Origin: Polyangia bacterium
Lineage (GTDB): Bacteria; Myxococcota_A; Polyangia; Palsa-1104
Assembly: GCA_035652295.1 (NCBI GenBank)
Contig: DASREC010000222.1
Location: forward strand, 1-52,434
DNA: 52,434 nt
Direction of reading: 5' to 3'
A program made the position numbers and the translations under genes. Positions within the stretch are counted from its first letter, which is position 1. Every line of letters begins with the position of its first letter. The notes under the pieces are model-generated. The model was not told the origin of the DNA. It made no database searches and was given only the letters and a program-made list of their open reading frames with translations. This document shows positions 22,341 to 31,120 of this stretch, in pieces.

Positions 22341-22774
22341 GCGGCACCGAGCGCGACGCGCAGCGCCGCGGCGTCGAACGACGGGATCGCCGCCACGTCG
22401 CCGTAGAGCTGCCGCAGGTTCGCCAGCCGCCGCGGCGGCAGATCGTGGATGAACACCGCCGGCTGCGCGAACCCCGCCGCGCGCAGCTCGCCGAGCACGA
22501 GCGCGCCCTGCTGATCCTTCAAGTAGCGCAGCGCGCGCGCGCGATCGCCGGAGAACAGGCGCGCGGCGGTGCCGGCGAGATCGCCGACCAGGTCCTCGGG
22601 CGCGGCGCGCTCGAAGCGCAGATCGATCAAGAGCGCGTCGGCGGCGCGCGCGGTCAGCGCGGCCAGCGCGTCCTTCGCCGTCGAGACCGCCTCGATCTCG
22701 AAGTCGGCGGCGAGGAACAGCCGCGCGAACTCGGCGTACTCGGTGCCGTCCTCGATCACCAGGAGGCGCTTCAC
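22337..22774 (-). CDS. Stand-alone atypical receiver-like protein
   Basis: KRLLVIEDGTEYAEFARLFL ... DALLIDLRFE is paralogous to the N-domain of the downstream EBP (KLLIVDDGDRYVELAHRFL ... VVLLDVAFE). GTG start with a GTGA overlap with the kinase stop. Confidence 0.65.
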   Translation of the reverse strand: MKRLLVIEDGTEYAEFARLFLAADFEIEAVSTAKDALAALTARAADALLIDLRFERAAPEDLVGDLAGTAARLFSGDRARALRYLKDQQGALVLGELRAAGFAQPAVFIHDLPPRRLANLRQLYGDVAAIPSFDAAALRVALGAA

Positions 22775-24288
22775 GACGCCGCCCGCACCGGCTCGGCCTC
22801 GGGCGCCGCGTCGACGGTGGAGTCGAGCGCGCGGAACAGCCGCACCACCACCGCCTGCGTGAAGCCCGCGTCGCCCGGCTCCACCTCGAGCGCGCCGTCG
22901 TAGCGCCCGAGCGCCGCGGTCACCAGGCCGAGCCCGCGCTCGAGCCGCGCCGCCGCGATCTGCTCGGGCGTGAGCCGCTCGGGGCTGGTGTCGCGCACGC
23001 GCACGCGCACCAGCTCCTCGCCCGTCGGCTCGAGCGCCACCTGCACGTCGAGCGCCACGCGCCGCGGCCGCGGCCCGCGCTCGGCGGCGGCCACGGCGTT
23101 ACGCACCAGGTTCTTCAAGATGATGATCAGATCGATGCGGTAGACCTCGACGGCGAGGTTGGGCGGCAGCGCGCCCACCGACAGCTCGTCGAGCGGCGAC
23201 GAGCCCGGCTCGGCGCCCACCGCGCGCACCACCTCGTCGAGCAGCGCGCCGTCGATGCGCGTGCGCACCAGGCCCGCGGTGAGCGCCTGCAGCTCGGCGT
23301 CGAAGCGGCGCAGCTCGCGGTGCGCGCGCTCGAGCCGCGCCGCCGCGCGACGGAACGACGCGCCCGGATGCTCGAGCGCCGGACGCAGCCGCTCCAGCTC
23401 GGCGATGGCGCGGCCCGCGCGGCGAAACGATCGCTCGTTGCGCGCGAGCGCGAAGCGCGGACCGAGCGCGCGCTCGAACGTGCCGAGGTGGCCGCGCCAC
23501 GCCGCGCCGAGCGGCTCGCCGCGATACAGCCGCCCGACGAGAAACTCGAGCTGCGCGCGCGCGGGCTCGCTCTCGCCGGCGGCCGCGTGCACCACGTCGC
23601 CGACCGCGAAGATGCGGTGCTTGAGCAGCTCGTGGCGCAGGCAGCCGATCAGGTACGCGAGCGCCGGGTGCAGCTCGGGGCTCTGCGCGGCGCGCGCCTC
23701 CAGCGACGGGCCGCGGCGGCGCGCGCTCCACACGACGAACGCGGCCAGCGCGAAAAACGCGATCGTGCCGGCGATCGAGAGCGCGACGACGCCCGCGATC
23801 GAGCGCTTCGGCTCGAGGAATCCATCGAGATCCGGCCGGCCGGTGAGCGCGCGCAGCTCGCGCTCGGCGGCGGCGCGCTCGTCGCCCGTCGGCGCGAGCG
23901 ACAGGTACTTGCCGTAGAACTCGATCGCGCGCCCGTCGAGCCCGCGGTCGCGGCACGCGCGCGCGAGCGGCAGGTAGAGCGCGGGATCCATCGGCGCGAG
24001 CGCGGTCGCCGCCAGGAGCGGCTCGCGCGCGTCGGGCGCTCCCGAGCGGAGCAGCTCGATGCCGCGGCGGTACTCGGCGTCGGCGGCGGCGAGGCGGCGA
24101 TGCGCCTCGATGCCCTCGGGGCTCGCCGGATCGATCGCGAGCCACGCGCGGTGCGCCGCCGGGAGATTCTCGTCGTGCCACAGCGCCTGCGCGCGGCGCC
24201 ACTCGGCGGCGGGCGATTGGCCGGCGACGGAAGCGCGGCCGCAGGCGAGCAGCGTCAGCGTCGAGAGGCACAGGCTGAGACGGGCCAC
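22771..24288 (-). CDS. Sensor histidine-kinase-like protein (lipobox, TPR-like periplasmic domain, TM, HATPase)
   Basis: N-terminal LTLLAC lipobox, a helical repeat ectodomain, a TM helix (IAGVVALSIAGTIAFFALAAFVVW), a possible H-box LRHELLKH, N-box ILKNLVRNAV and G2-like GLGLV. The G1 box is poor, so the protein is atypical. Confidence 0.7.
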   Translation of the reverse strand: MARLSLCLSTLTLLACGRASVAGQSPAAEWRRAQALWHDENLPAAHRAWLAIDPASPEGIEAHRRLAAADAEYRRGIELLRSGAPDAREPLLAATALAPMDPALYLPLARACRDRGLDGRAIEFYGKYLSLAPTGDERAAAERELRALTGRPDLDGFLEPKRSIAGVVALSIAGTIAFFALAAFVVWSARRRGPSLEARAAQSPELHPALAYLIGCLRHELLKHRIFAVGDVVHAAAGESEPARAQLEFLVGRLYRGEPLGAAWRGHLGTFERALGPRFALARNERSFRRAGRAIAELERLRPALEHPGASFRRAAARLERAHRELRRFDAELQALTAGLVRTRIDGALLDEVVRAVGAEPGSSPLDELSVGALPPNLAVEVYRIDLIIILKNLVRNAVAAAERGPRPRRVALDVQVALEPTGEELVRVRVRDTSPERLTPEQIAAARLERGLGLVTAALGRYDGALEVEPGDAGFTQAVVVRLFRALDSTVDAAPEAEPVRAAS

Positions 24289-24364
24289 GCCAGGGGAAGT
24301 TTAGCGCGAGTGATCGTGCGGCGGCAAACCACAGGCGGGACGACGCGCGCCGGACGACGCGCGA

Positions 24365-25252
24365 TCAGCCGACGACGCGGTTGCGGCCGCCGTGCTTGGC
24401 TTCGTAGAGCTTGTGATCGGCGCGCGCGATCAGCGAGTCGGGCGTGCGCTGCGTCTCGTCGAGCTCGGCGACGCCGAGGCTGATGGTGATCGGCAGCAGC
24501 AGCGCCTCGTGGGCGAAGGGGTCGCGCGCGATCAGGGCGCGCAGATCTTCGGCGAAGCGGACGGCGCTCGTGCCGGGCGTGGAGGCGAGCACGCACGCGA
24601 ACTCTTCGCCGCCGTAGCGCGCCAGCAGATCTTCGCGGCGCACGCGCGGCTTGAGGCGGCGGCCGAGCTCGCGCAGCACCGCGTCGCCGGCGAGGTGCCC
24701 GTGCGTGTCGTTGACGTGCTTGAAATGATCGATGTCGAACATCACCAGCGACAGCGGCGACTGATAGCGCACCGAGCGCGCGATCTCGCGCTCGAGGAAC
24801 TCGAGGAAGTAGCGTTTGTTGTGCACGCCGGTGAGCCCGTCGAGGATCGACATGCGGTAGATCTCTTCGTGATACGCCGCCTCGACGTTGTCGCCCGACA
24901 GGAACTTCAGGATCGCCGAGCCGAAGCGCAGCATGTCGCCGTCGTGCAGCTCGCGCCGCGCGATGCGCTCGTCGTTCACCCAACTGCCGTTGGTCGAGCC
25001 GAGATCCTCGACGGTCCAGCCGCGCGTGTCGCGATACAGCCGCGCGTGCCGCCGCGACACCGCGTCCTCTTGAATCGAGATGTCGACCTCGTCGAGCCGC
25101 CCGACGATGTGCTCCTCACCCGAGAGCGGAAAGCGCCGGCCGAGGTTCGGCCCCGGCGGATAGACCTGCACCAGCACCGCGGGCCCGTCGCCGGTCGAGA
25201 CCTTGAGCGACACCGATTGCATGGCGACCGTGCGGTTCTTGGCGTCGCTCAT
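24365..25252 (-). CDS. FHA-domain diguanylate cyclase (GGDEF)
   Basis: FHA signature (GR...D..I....VSRRHA ... STNGS.VN), then LTGVHNKRYF, an RxxD I-site (RRED) and the GGEEF active site. Confidence 0.9.
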   Translation of the reverse strand: MSDAKNRTVAMQSVSLKVSTGDGPAVLVQVYPPGPNLGRRFPLSGEEHIVGRLDEVDISIQEDAVSRRHARLYRDTRGWTVEDLGSTNGSWVNDERIARRELHDGDMLRFGSAILKFLSGDNVEAAYHEEIYRMSILDGLTGVHNKRYFLEFLEREIARSVRYQSPLSLVMFDIDHFKHVNDTHGHLAGDAVLRELGRRLKPRVRREDLLARYGGEEFACVLASTPGTSAVRFAEDLRALIARDPFAHEALLLPITISLGVAELDETQRTPDSLIARADHKLYEAKHGGRNRVVG

Positions 25253-25267
25253 TCGCCCTTGATGATA

Positions 25268-25996
25268 TCAGACGTATTGCTGCATTAACATTGCGCGCAA
25301 TGGACTATCCCAATGCTCCAGCGACGCGCGGTGCGCCCGCCCGTCGACGGCGACGCGCCGCAGATTGACGCCCACCGCCCCGTTTTGCGATTCCACCAGC
25401 GCGTATTCGGCGTGTCCCATCAAAGTCGGCGTCTTGCCGGCGACGTACTCTTTGAATGGCAGACCGACGCTCCCCGGATTGACCAGCAACATGCCGCGGT
25501 GCTGCCGCGCCATCTGCACGTGCGTGTGTCCGCCCGCCATCACCGTCGCCGCGCGCCCGTCGAGAAAACGGTCGAGCTCGTCGGGCGGCGTGGTGGCGAG
25601 CAGGTCCTCCATGTGCGAGCGCGGCGAGCCGTGAAACAGGAGCAGCGTCGCGCCGCCGTCGAGCGCGATCGATGATTCGCTTTTGAACGAGCGCACGAAC
25701 GCGAGCTCGTCGGCCGACAATTGCGCGCGGCACCAATCGACCGCGTCGACGATCACCTGGGCCTCCGAGTACGAATGGATCAGCGGCGCGTTGAACAGGA
25801 ACTCGTCGTGGTTGCCGAGGATGCACTCGCAGCCGAGCGCGCGCAGGCGGGCCAGCACCTCGCGCGGCCGCGGCCCGAGCGTCGCCACGTCGCCGAGACA
25901 CACCACGCGATCGGCGCCCGCGCGCGCGGCGTCGGCGAGCACCGCGTCGAGCGCCGCCTCGTTGCCGTGCAGATCGGAGATGAGCGCGACGCGCAT
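25268..25996 (-). CDS. Calcineurin-like metallophosphoesterase
   Basis: Motifs ISDLHGN, LGDV, GNHD and GGHTH. Confidence 0.85.
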   Translation of the reverse strand: MRVALISDLHGNEAALDAVLADAARAGADRVVCLGDVATLGPRPREVLARLRALGCECILGNHDEFLFNAPLIHSYSEAQVIVDAVDWCRAQLSADELAFVRSFKSESSIALDGGATLLLFHGSPRSHMEDLLATTPPDELDRFLDGRAATVMAGGHTHVQMARQHRGMLLVNPGSVGLPFKEYVAGKTPTLMGHAEYALVESQNGAVGVNLRRVAVDGRAHRASLEHWDSPLRAMLMQQYV

Positions 25997-26022
25997 CGGT
26001 CGATCATGCCTCAGTTGACAGC

Positions 26023-27546
26023 GTGCGTCCCATGAAGTTGGATGGCCGTCCCATGGGGCAGCGAACCCGCACCGCGCTCGCCGCCGCCGCCGGCGCGCTG
26101 CTCTTCTTGTCGCTGCCGCCGGCGGGATGGTGGTGGCTGACGCTGCCCGCGCTCGTCGCCGTCGGCTTCTTGTGGCGCGGCGCGACCGCGCGCCAGGCGT
26201 TTCGCTCTGGATGGATCGTCGGGTTCGTCGCCACGGCCGGCGTCGGTTATTGGCTGCCGTCGACGATCGAGCGCTTCACCGGGCTCACGTGGGGCGCGCG
26301 GCTCGGGTTGTGGTTCCTGCTCGCGGCGTGGACCGGTTTGTCGTGGGGGCTCGCCGGCGGCGCGGCCGGCTGGCTCGGCAAGACGATCGGTTATCCGGTG
26401 GCCGCCGCGCTCGGGCTGCTCGTGTTCGAGCGCTGGGGGCCGACCATCTTTTCGTATCCGATCGCGGTCGCGCTCGTCGACGCGCCGTGGATCGCGCAGT
26501 CGGCGGATCTGATCGGCGTGCCCGGCCTCGGCGCGCTCGCGGTGCTGGTCGCGGTCGCCGCCGCCGAGTCGCTCACCCAGCGCCGCGTCACGCGCACGCT
26601 CGCGATCGGCCTCGCGCTCACCGCCGCGCTCACCGGCTACGGCGCGCTGCGCGGGCGGCAGGTGGCGCGCGCGCGCGAGGCGGCGCCCAAGCTGCTCGTC
26701 GGCCTGGTGCAGCCGGCGATCCCCGCCGCCGCGCGCTGGGAAGACGCCGAGCGCGAGCAGATCCTCGCCCACCTGCAAACCATGACGTCGTCGCTGCTGG
26801 CGCAACAGCCGGAGCTGCTCGTCTGGCACGAAGGCGCGTATCCCTATCGCCTCGCGCACGCCGCCGGCCACGAAGGCGGCGCCGTCCCGTCGCTGATGAA
26901 GACGCCGGGCGTACCGCCGCTCATCTTCGGCGCGCAGACCGACGGCGACGACGGCGCGCGCTACAACTCGGCGTTCCTTCGCACCGCCGACGGCGTGCTC
27001 TCGGCGCCCGTCGACAAGCGGGTGCGCGTGGCGTTCGGCGAGTACATCCCGCTCCTGGCGCGCGTCGGCTTCTTGCGCCGCGCCTTCCCGCGCGTCGAAG
27101 GGCTGCGCTCAGGCGATCGCCCCGAGCTGCTCTCCGCCGGCGGCCGCACCTACGGCGTGCTCAACTGCCTCGAGGACATCATCCCGACCGCCGGCGCCGA
27201 AGTGGCGGGCGCCGACCTGCTCGTCAACTTGACCAACGACGCGTGGTTCGACGGCGCCGAGGGCGCGCAGCACCTCGTGCAGGCCCGCTGGCGCGCCATC
27301 GAGACGCGCCGCGATCTGGTGCGCGCGGTCAACAGCGGCCAGACCGGCCTCGTCGACGCGCTCGGCCGCGTGGTGGTGGCGATGCCCGCCGATCAACCCG
27401 CGGTGCTGGTCGTCGGCGCGCGCGTCGCGACCGGCCTGCACGCGCTCGCCCCGACGGTGATTCCGTTCGAGGCCTGGCTGGCGCTCGCCGCCCTCGCCTT
27501 CGCCGCCGCGCTCAAGTGGCGCCGCGGCCGCTCGACTACCGCGTGA
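26023..27546 (+). CDS. lnt: Apolipoprotein N-acyltransferase
   Basis: Hydrophobic N-terminal half plus a CN-hydrolase domain with E (VWHEGAYP), K (VDKRVRVAFGEYIP) and C (VLNCLEDI) triad contexts. The start is uncertain: GTG 26023, ATG 26032 or ATG 26053. Confidence 0.85.
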   Translation: MRPMKLDGRPMGQRTRTALAAAAGALLFLSLPPAGWWWLTLPALVAVGFLWRGATARQAFRSGWIVGFVATAGVGYWLPSTIERFTGLTWGARLGLWFLLAAWTGLSWGLAGGAAGWLGKTIGYPVAAALGLLVFERWGPTIFSYPIAVALVDAPWIAQSADLIGVPGLGALAVLVAVAAAESLTQRRVTRTLAIGLALTAALTGYGALRGRQVARAREAAPKLLVGLVQPAIPAAARWEDAEREQILAHLQTMTSSLLAQQPELLVWHEGAYPYRLAHAAGHEGGAVPSLMKTPGVPPLIFGAQTDGDDGARYNSAFLRTADGVLSAPVDKRVRVAFGEYIPLLARVGFLRRAFPRVEGLRSGDRPELLSAGGRTYGVLNCLEDIIPTAGAEVAGADLLVNLTNDAWFDGAEGAQHLVQARWRAIETRRDLVRAVNSGQTGLVDALGRVVVAMPADQPAVLVVGARVATGLHALAPTVIPFEAWLALAALAFAAALKWRRGRSTTA

Positions 27547-27685
27547 GCTCGACGGCGGGCAGGTTCTCCATGTCGACGTCGGCGGCCGGCGGAGCGTCGA
27601 ACCAGCGGCTCCCGATCCAGCCGACCAGCAGCACCGCCGCGATGAGCGACAGCCCGAACACCCGCACGATCCCGCGCGTCGTCAT
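27536..27685 (-). CDS. Small (49 aa) single-pass membrane protein, hypothetical
   Basis: MTTRGIVRVFGLSLIAAVLLVGWIGSRWF... with nearly 100% GC3 from the ATG at 27685. The track ORF extends to 27718, but those codons have lower GC3. Its 3' end overlaps lnt by 11 nt (convergent). Confidence 0.4.
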   Translation of the reverse strand: MTTRGIVRVFGLSLIAAVLLVGWIGSRWFDAPPAADVDMENLPAVELTR

Positions 27686-27771
27686 TCCCGCTTCCGGCGC
27701 TACCTGCATGTCTTCCACTCTATCATTAATATACGCCCGCCCCGCCCGCTTCTACCCCCAGGGGAATTGTC

Positions 27772-27844
27772 AACAATGAGATCAGGAGCTCAGGAGTTCA
27801 GAAATTATTAATTTTCTGTCTCCTGATCTCCTGATCTCATTGTT
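27772..27844. repeat. Near-perfect 25-bp inverted repeat in an AT-rich island (hairpin; terminator or operator candidate)
   Basis: AACAATGAGATCAGGAGCTCAGGAG (27772-27796) pairs with CTCCTGATCTCCTGATCTCATTGTT (27820-27844) at 24 of 25 positions. The 23-nt AT-rich loop is itself partly palindromic. Each arm contains a duplicated TCAGGAG. Confidence 0.85.
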
Positions 27845-27861
27845 CATATTTCCGTCCATCT

Positions 27862-28773
27862 TCAGCGCACCCGCACGATCGTACCGATCTTCGTAAATCC
27901 AAAAAGCCGCTGGGCGTCGAGCGGGGCGAGGTTGACGCAGCCGTGGCTCACCGGGTGGCCGAAGCGCTGGTGCCAGAAGGCGCCGTGCAGCGCGACCTCG
28001 CGATTGAAGTATTGAACGAACGGCACCTCGTCGAACGAATAGTGCGGCGCGGTGTCGTGATCGAGGTTGTCCATCTTGCTGGTCGGCAGCCGCGCGAAGA
28101 TGTGGAACGTGCCGCGCGGCGTGGAGAGCGGCGCGCCCGCGGCGCCGATTCCCGTCGAGACCAGGGTGGCGAACACCGGGCGATCGCCCTCGTAGGCGAC
28201 CAGCGTCTCGCTCGCGGTGTCGACGTCGATCCAGCGCTCGGCGGGCGCGACCTCGGCGGGACGCGGCGCGAGCTGCGGCACGCGCACCTGCGTCGCTCGC
28301 AGGAACCCGCCGTCGGCGTGCACCCAGCCGGCGGGCGCGGGCTCGGCCTCGAGCTGCACGCGCTCGAACGCGCCGCGCGCGCCGATCGGCTTGCTCACGC
28401 CGTCGGGCTTTGGCCAGATCGCCGCGCGCGCCTCCACCACCCAGCCGAGCTCGAGCCGCCCGTTTTCAATCGATTGTCCGCTGAAATGCACCGGTTTCGC
28501 CGCGATCAAATCCTTGAGCGGAATCCATTCGCCCTGCTTCGTGCGCGCCAGCTGCTCGCGCTCCTCGACGACGGCGACGCCGAATCCCGGCTGAAGCTCG
28601 CGCGAGACCAGCCCGGCGGTTTTGACCGCGTTCGGGCCAATCAAATAATAATGAAACGGTAATCCGTCCGGATATTGCGTCAAAGCGCTCGCCGCGGCCG
28701 CCGGCGCGGGCACCGCGCGATCGCCGCCACAAGCACCACACAGTAAAGCCACAAGGGGGTAGACGCGTCTCAT
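27862..28773 (-). CDS. L,D-transpeptidase (YkuD-domain) lipoprotein
   Basis: Signal peptide/lipobox LLCGAC. Catalytic motif HGAFWHQRFGHPVSHGCVNL. ATGA overlap with the pbpC stop. Confidence 0.85.
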   Translation of the reverse strand: MRRVYPLVALLCGACGGDRAVPAPAAAASALTQYPDGLPFHYYLIGPNAVKTAGLVSRELQPGFGVAVVEEREQLARTKQGEWIPLKDLIAAKPVHFSGQSIENGRLELGWVVEARAAIWPKPDGVSKPIGARGAFERVQLEAEPAPAGWVHADGGFLRATQVRVPQLAPRPAEVAPAERWIDVDTASETLVAYEGDRPVFATLVSTGIGAAGAPLSTPRGTFHIFARLPTSKMDNLDHDTAPHYSFDEVPFVQYFNREVALHGAFWHQRFGHPVSHGCVNLAPLDAQRLFGFTKIGTIVRVR

Positions 28774-31115
28774 TGCGCCAGCTCGACCTTGAGCTCGCGC
28801 GCATCCGAGCGGCTCAGATCGTCGACGGCGCGCACCACGTACGCGCCCGGCCGCGGCGTCCAGAACAGCGGGCTGCCGCTCTTGGCCTTGCCCACGAACG
28901 CCTCGCCCACGAACCAGAACACCTCGTGCGCGTCACCGTCGGTGACCGCCTGCAGCGCGATGCTCTCCGGCCGCGACTTCTGCAGCGTATAGGTCACGCC
29001 CCGGAGCGGCGACGTGATGCGCGGCGGAATCCCCGCCGGCGTCTCGCCCTCGCCGCAGCCCGGCGCCGGCGGCGGCACCTTGCGCCGCGGCAACCCCGCC
29101 GCCGCGAACAGCTGCTGCATATCGGACGACCAGATCTCATAGACCTCTTCGTGCGTCGGCCCTCGATACGGCGGGCACGCGCGCTTGCCGGTGCGATCGT
29201 CGATCACCACCGGCCGATGAATCTGGCAAACCTCGATGGGCGATCGCCCCGGAATGAACCACGACGGCTTCTGATGCGGGCAGCTCGCCGACGGCAACTG
29301 CCCCGACACGGTACAAACGGACACACGCTTGACGCCTTTGGGAACCGCCAGTGGCCAATCGGCGATGGAACGATCTTGTGCATAGATTGAATCGACGATT
29401 TCAAAGAACAGCGGCGCCGCCGCCTGCGCGCCGATGAACGCCGGATTGCCCTCTCCATTGAAGTTGCCAATCCAGACCGCCAGCACATAAGGCCCAAAGA
29501 TGCCGACCGCCCACGCATCGCGAAAGCCATACGACGTCCCGGTCTTCCAATACACCGGCACGCGCCCGCGCGCGAAGTCGTCGGCGCGGCTGCGATCCGG
29601 CCGCGGATTGTCCTTGAGCATGTCGAGCACCATGAACGAGCTCTCCTCGCTCAGGATGCGCGTCCCGTCGGAGCTCGGCTCCTCGGCGCGATAGCGCAGC
29701 GGCTTGAGCACGCCGCGATTGGCCAGCGTCGCATAGAGCGTGACCAACTCCTCCATGGTCACTTCGCCCGCGCCGAGCACCAGGCCGAGCCCATAGTGCG
29801 ACTCCGGCTGCATTCTCGACACTCCCGCCGTCTTTAGAAACTCGTAAAGACCAGGTCGATTGAGCTTGGCGGCCACCGCCAATGCGGGAATGTTGCGGCT
29901 GCGAATCAGCGCGTCTTTAGCGGACAGTGGACCGACAAAGCGCCCGTCGAAGTTCTCCGGGCTGAACGCGGCGAACGACATCGGCGCGTCGCGCAGCATC
30001 GTCTGCGGATGAATCACGCCCTGCTCCATGCCGAGCGCATAGACGAACGGCTTGAGCGTCGAGCCCGGCGAGCGCTTGGCCAGCGCGCCATTGACCTGCC
30101 CGGCGATCGCGTCGTCGCGAAAGTCCACCGAGCCGAGCATGGCTTTGATCTCCATGGTGCGGTAATCGGCCAGCATCACGACTGCGTTGTGAATCCCGAT
30201 GCGCTCCTTCTGCGCGACGTAGCTGCGCGCGTGCCGCTCGACCAGCTTCTGCAAGCCGAGGTCGAGCGTGGTCTGCACCTCGCGCGGCGCGTGCTCCGCC
30301 GCCAATACCTCGTCGACGAAGTGCGGCGCCAGGAACGGCAGGTCGCTCGCCTCGCGCATCACGATCGGCAGCTTGATGAGCGGCTCCCAATCTTTGCGCG
30401 CCTCGGGATGCTTCTGTACCCAAGACTCGAACAGCGCAGTGCGCGCCGCCAACAAGGGCTCTTTGGACTCATTGGCGTGCGCCAAAAAACCCGCGCGCCG
30501 CGACGGGCTCTGTGGAATCACCGCCATCGTCAGCGCTTCCGGCAACAAGAGCTTCTGAGCCGGTTTGCCGAAATAGATCTGACTGGCCGCCCCCACGCCT
30601 TCGACGTTCCCGCCATAAGGCACGAGATTGAGATACGCCTCTAAGATGTCGTCTTTGGAGTACTGCATCTCGAGCTGCACCGCGCGCCCGATCTGCCGCA
30701 CCTTGCCCCAGAACGTGCGCGACGGAATGTTGTAGAGCCGCCGCGCGAGCTGCATCGAGATGGTCGAGCCGCCGATGCGCCGCCCGCCGCCGACGTAGGT
30801 AGCCCACGCCGCGCGCACCAGCGAGATCGGATTGAACGCATAGTGGTGATAGAAGTGTTTGTCCTCATAGAGCAGCGTCGCCTCGACCAGTGCCGGCGAG
30901 ATCTGTTTCAGTGGAGTCCACAGTCGATACTGACCATCTTCGGCGAGCGTCAGGCGCAAGAGCTTGTGATTGGCGTCGTACACCGCCAGCGACGAGCCAT
31001 AGCGCTCGGCCAGCGGCCGGTGCGGCCACAGCACTAACAGCACTTTGACCGCGAGCCAGGCCGACAGCAGCACCGCCAATCGGCGGCGCCACTTTGGAAT
31101 GCGACGCCACTCCAC
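28770..31115 (-). CDS. pbpC: Penicillin-binding protein 1C
   Basis: Glycosyltransferase motifs EDKHFYHH and GGSTISMQLAR. Transpeptidase motifs SPGSTLKP (SxxK), SRN and KTGT. PbpC-type C-terminal domain. GTG start 5 nt after the A2M stop. Confidence 0.92.
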   Translation of the reverse strand: MEWRRIPKWRRRLAVLLSAWLAVKVLLVLWPHRPLAERYGSSLAVYDANHKLLRLTLAEDGQYRLWTPLKQISPALVEATLLYEDKHFYHHYAFNPISLVRAAWATYVGGGRRIGGSTISMQLARRLYNIPSRTFWGKVRQIGRAVQLEMQYSKDDILEAYLNLVPYGGNVEGVGAASQIYFGKPAQKLLLPEALTMAVIPQSPSRRAGFLAHANESKEPLLAARTALFESWVQKHPEARKDWEPLIKLPIVMREASDLPFLAPHFVDEVLAAEHAPREVQTTLDLGLQKLVERHARSYVAQKERIGIHNAVVMLADYRTMEIKAMLGSVDFRDDAIAGQVNGALAKRSPGSTLKPFVYALGMEQGVIHPQTMLRDAPMSFAAFSPENFDGRFVGPLSAKDALIRSRNIPALAVAAKLNRPGLYEFLKTAGVSRMQPESHYGLGLVLGAGEVTMEELVTLYATLANRGVLKPLRYRAEEPSSDGTRILSEESSFMVLDMLKDNPRPDRSRADDFARGRVPVYWKTGTSYGFRDAWAVGIFGPYVLAVWIGNFNGEGNPAFIGAQAAAPLFFEIVDSIYAQDRSIADWPLAVPKGVKRVSVCTVSGQLPSASCPHQKPSWFIPGRSPIEVCQIHRPVVIDDRTGKRACPPYRGPTHEEVYEIWSSDMQQLFAAAGLPRRKVPPPAPGCGEGETPAGIPPRITSPLRGVTYTLQKSRPESIALQAVTDGDAHEVFWFVGEAFVGKAKSGSPLFWTPRPGAYVVRAVDDLSRSDARELKVELAQ

Positions 31116-31120
31116 GGCCG

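Noticed and set aside
20138-22347. ORF 20138-22132 and the N-terminal 143 codons of ORF 20272-22347.
   Set aside because: Both are Arg-rich shadows. The real EBP starts at GTG 21918, which has a GGGAGG site upstream and a GTGA overlap with the 141-aa gene occupying the other frame.
24338-24363. Direct repeat GGACGACGCGCG x2 between the GGDEF gene and the kinase gene.
   Set aside because: It is a short, GC-rich, low-complexity repeat that is easily produced by chance in this composition. There is no dyad or AT core to set it apart.
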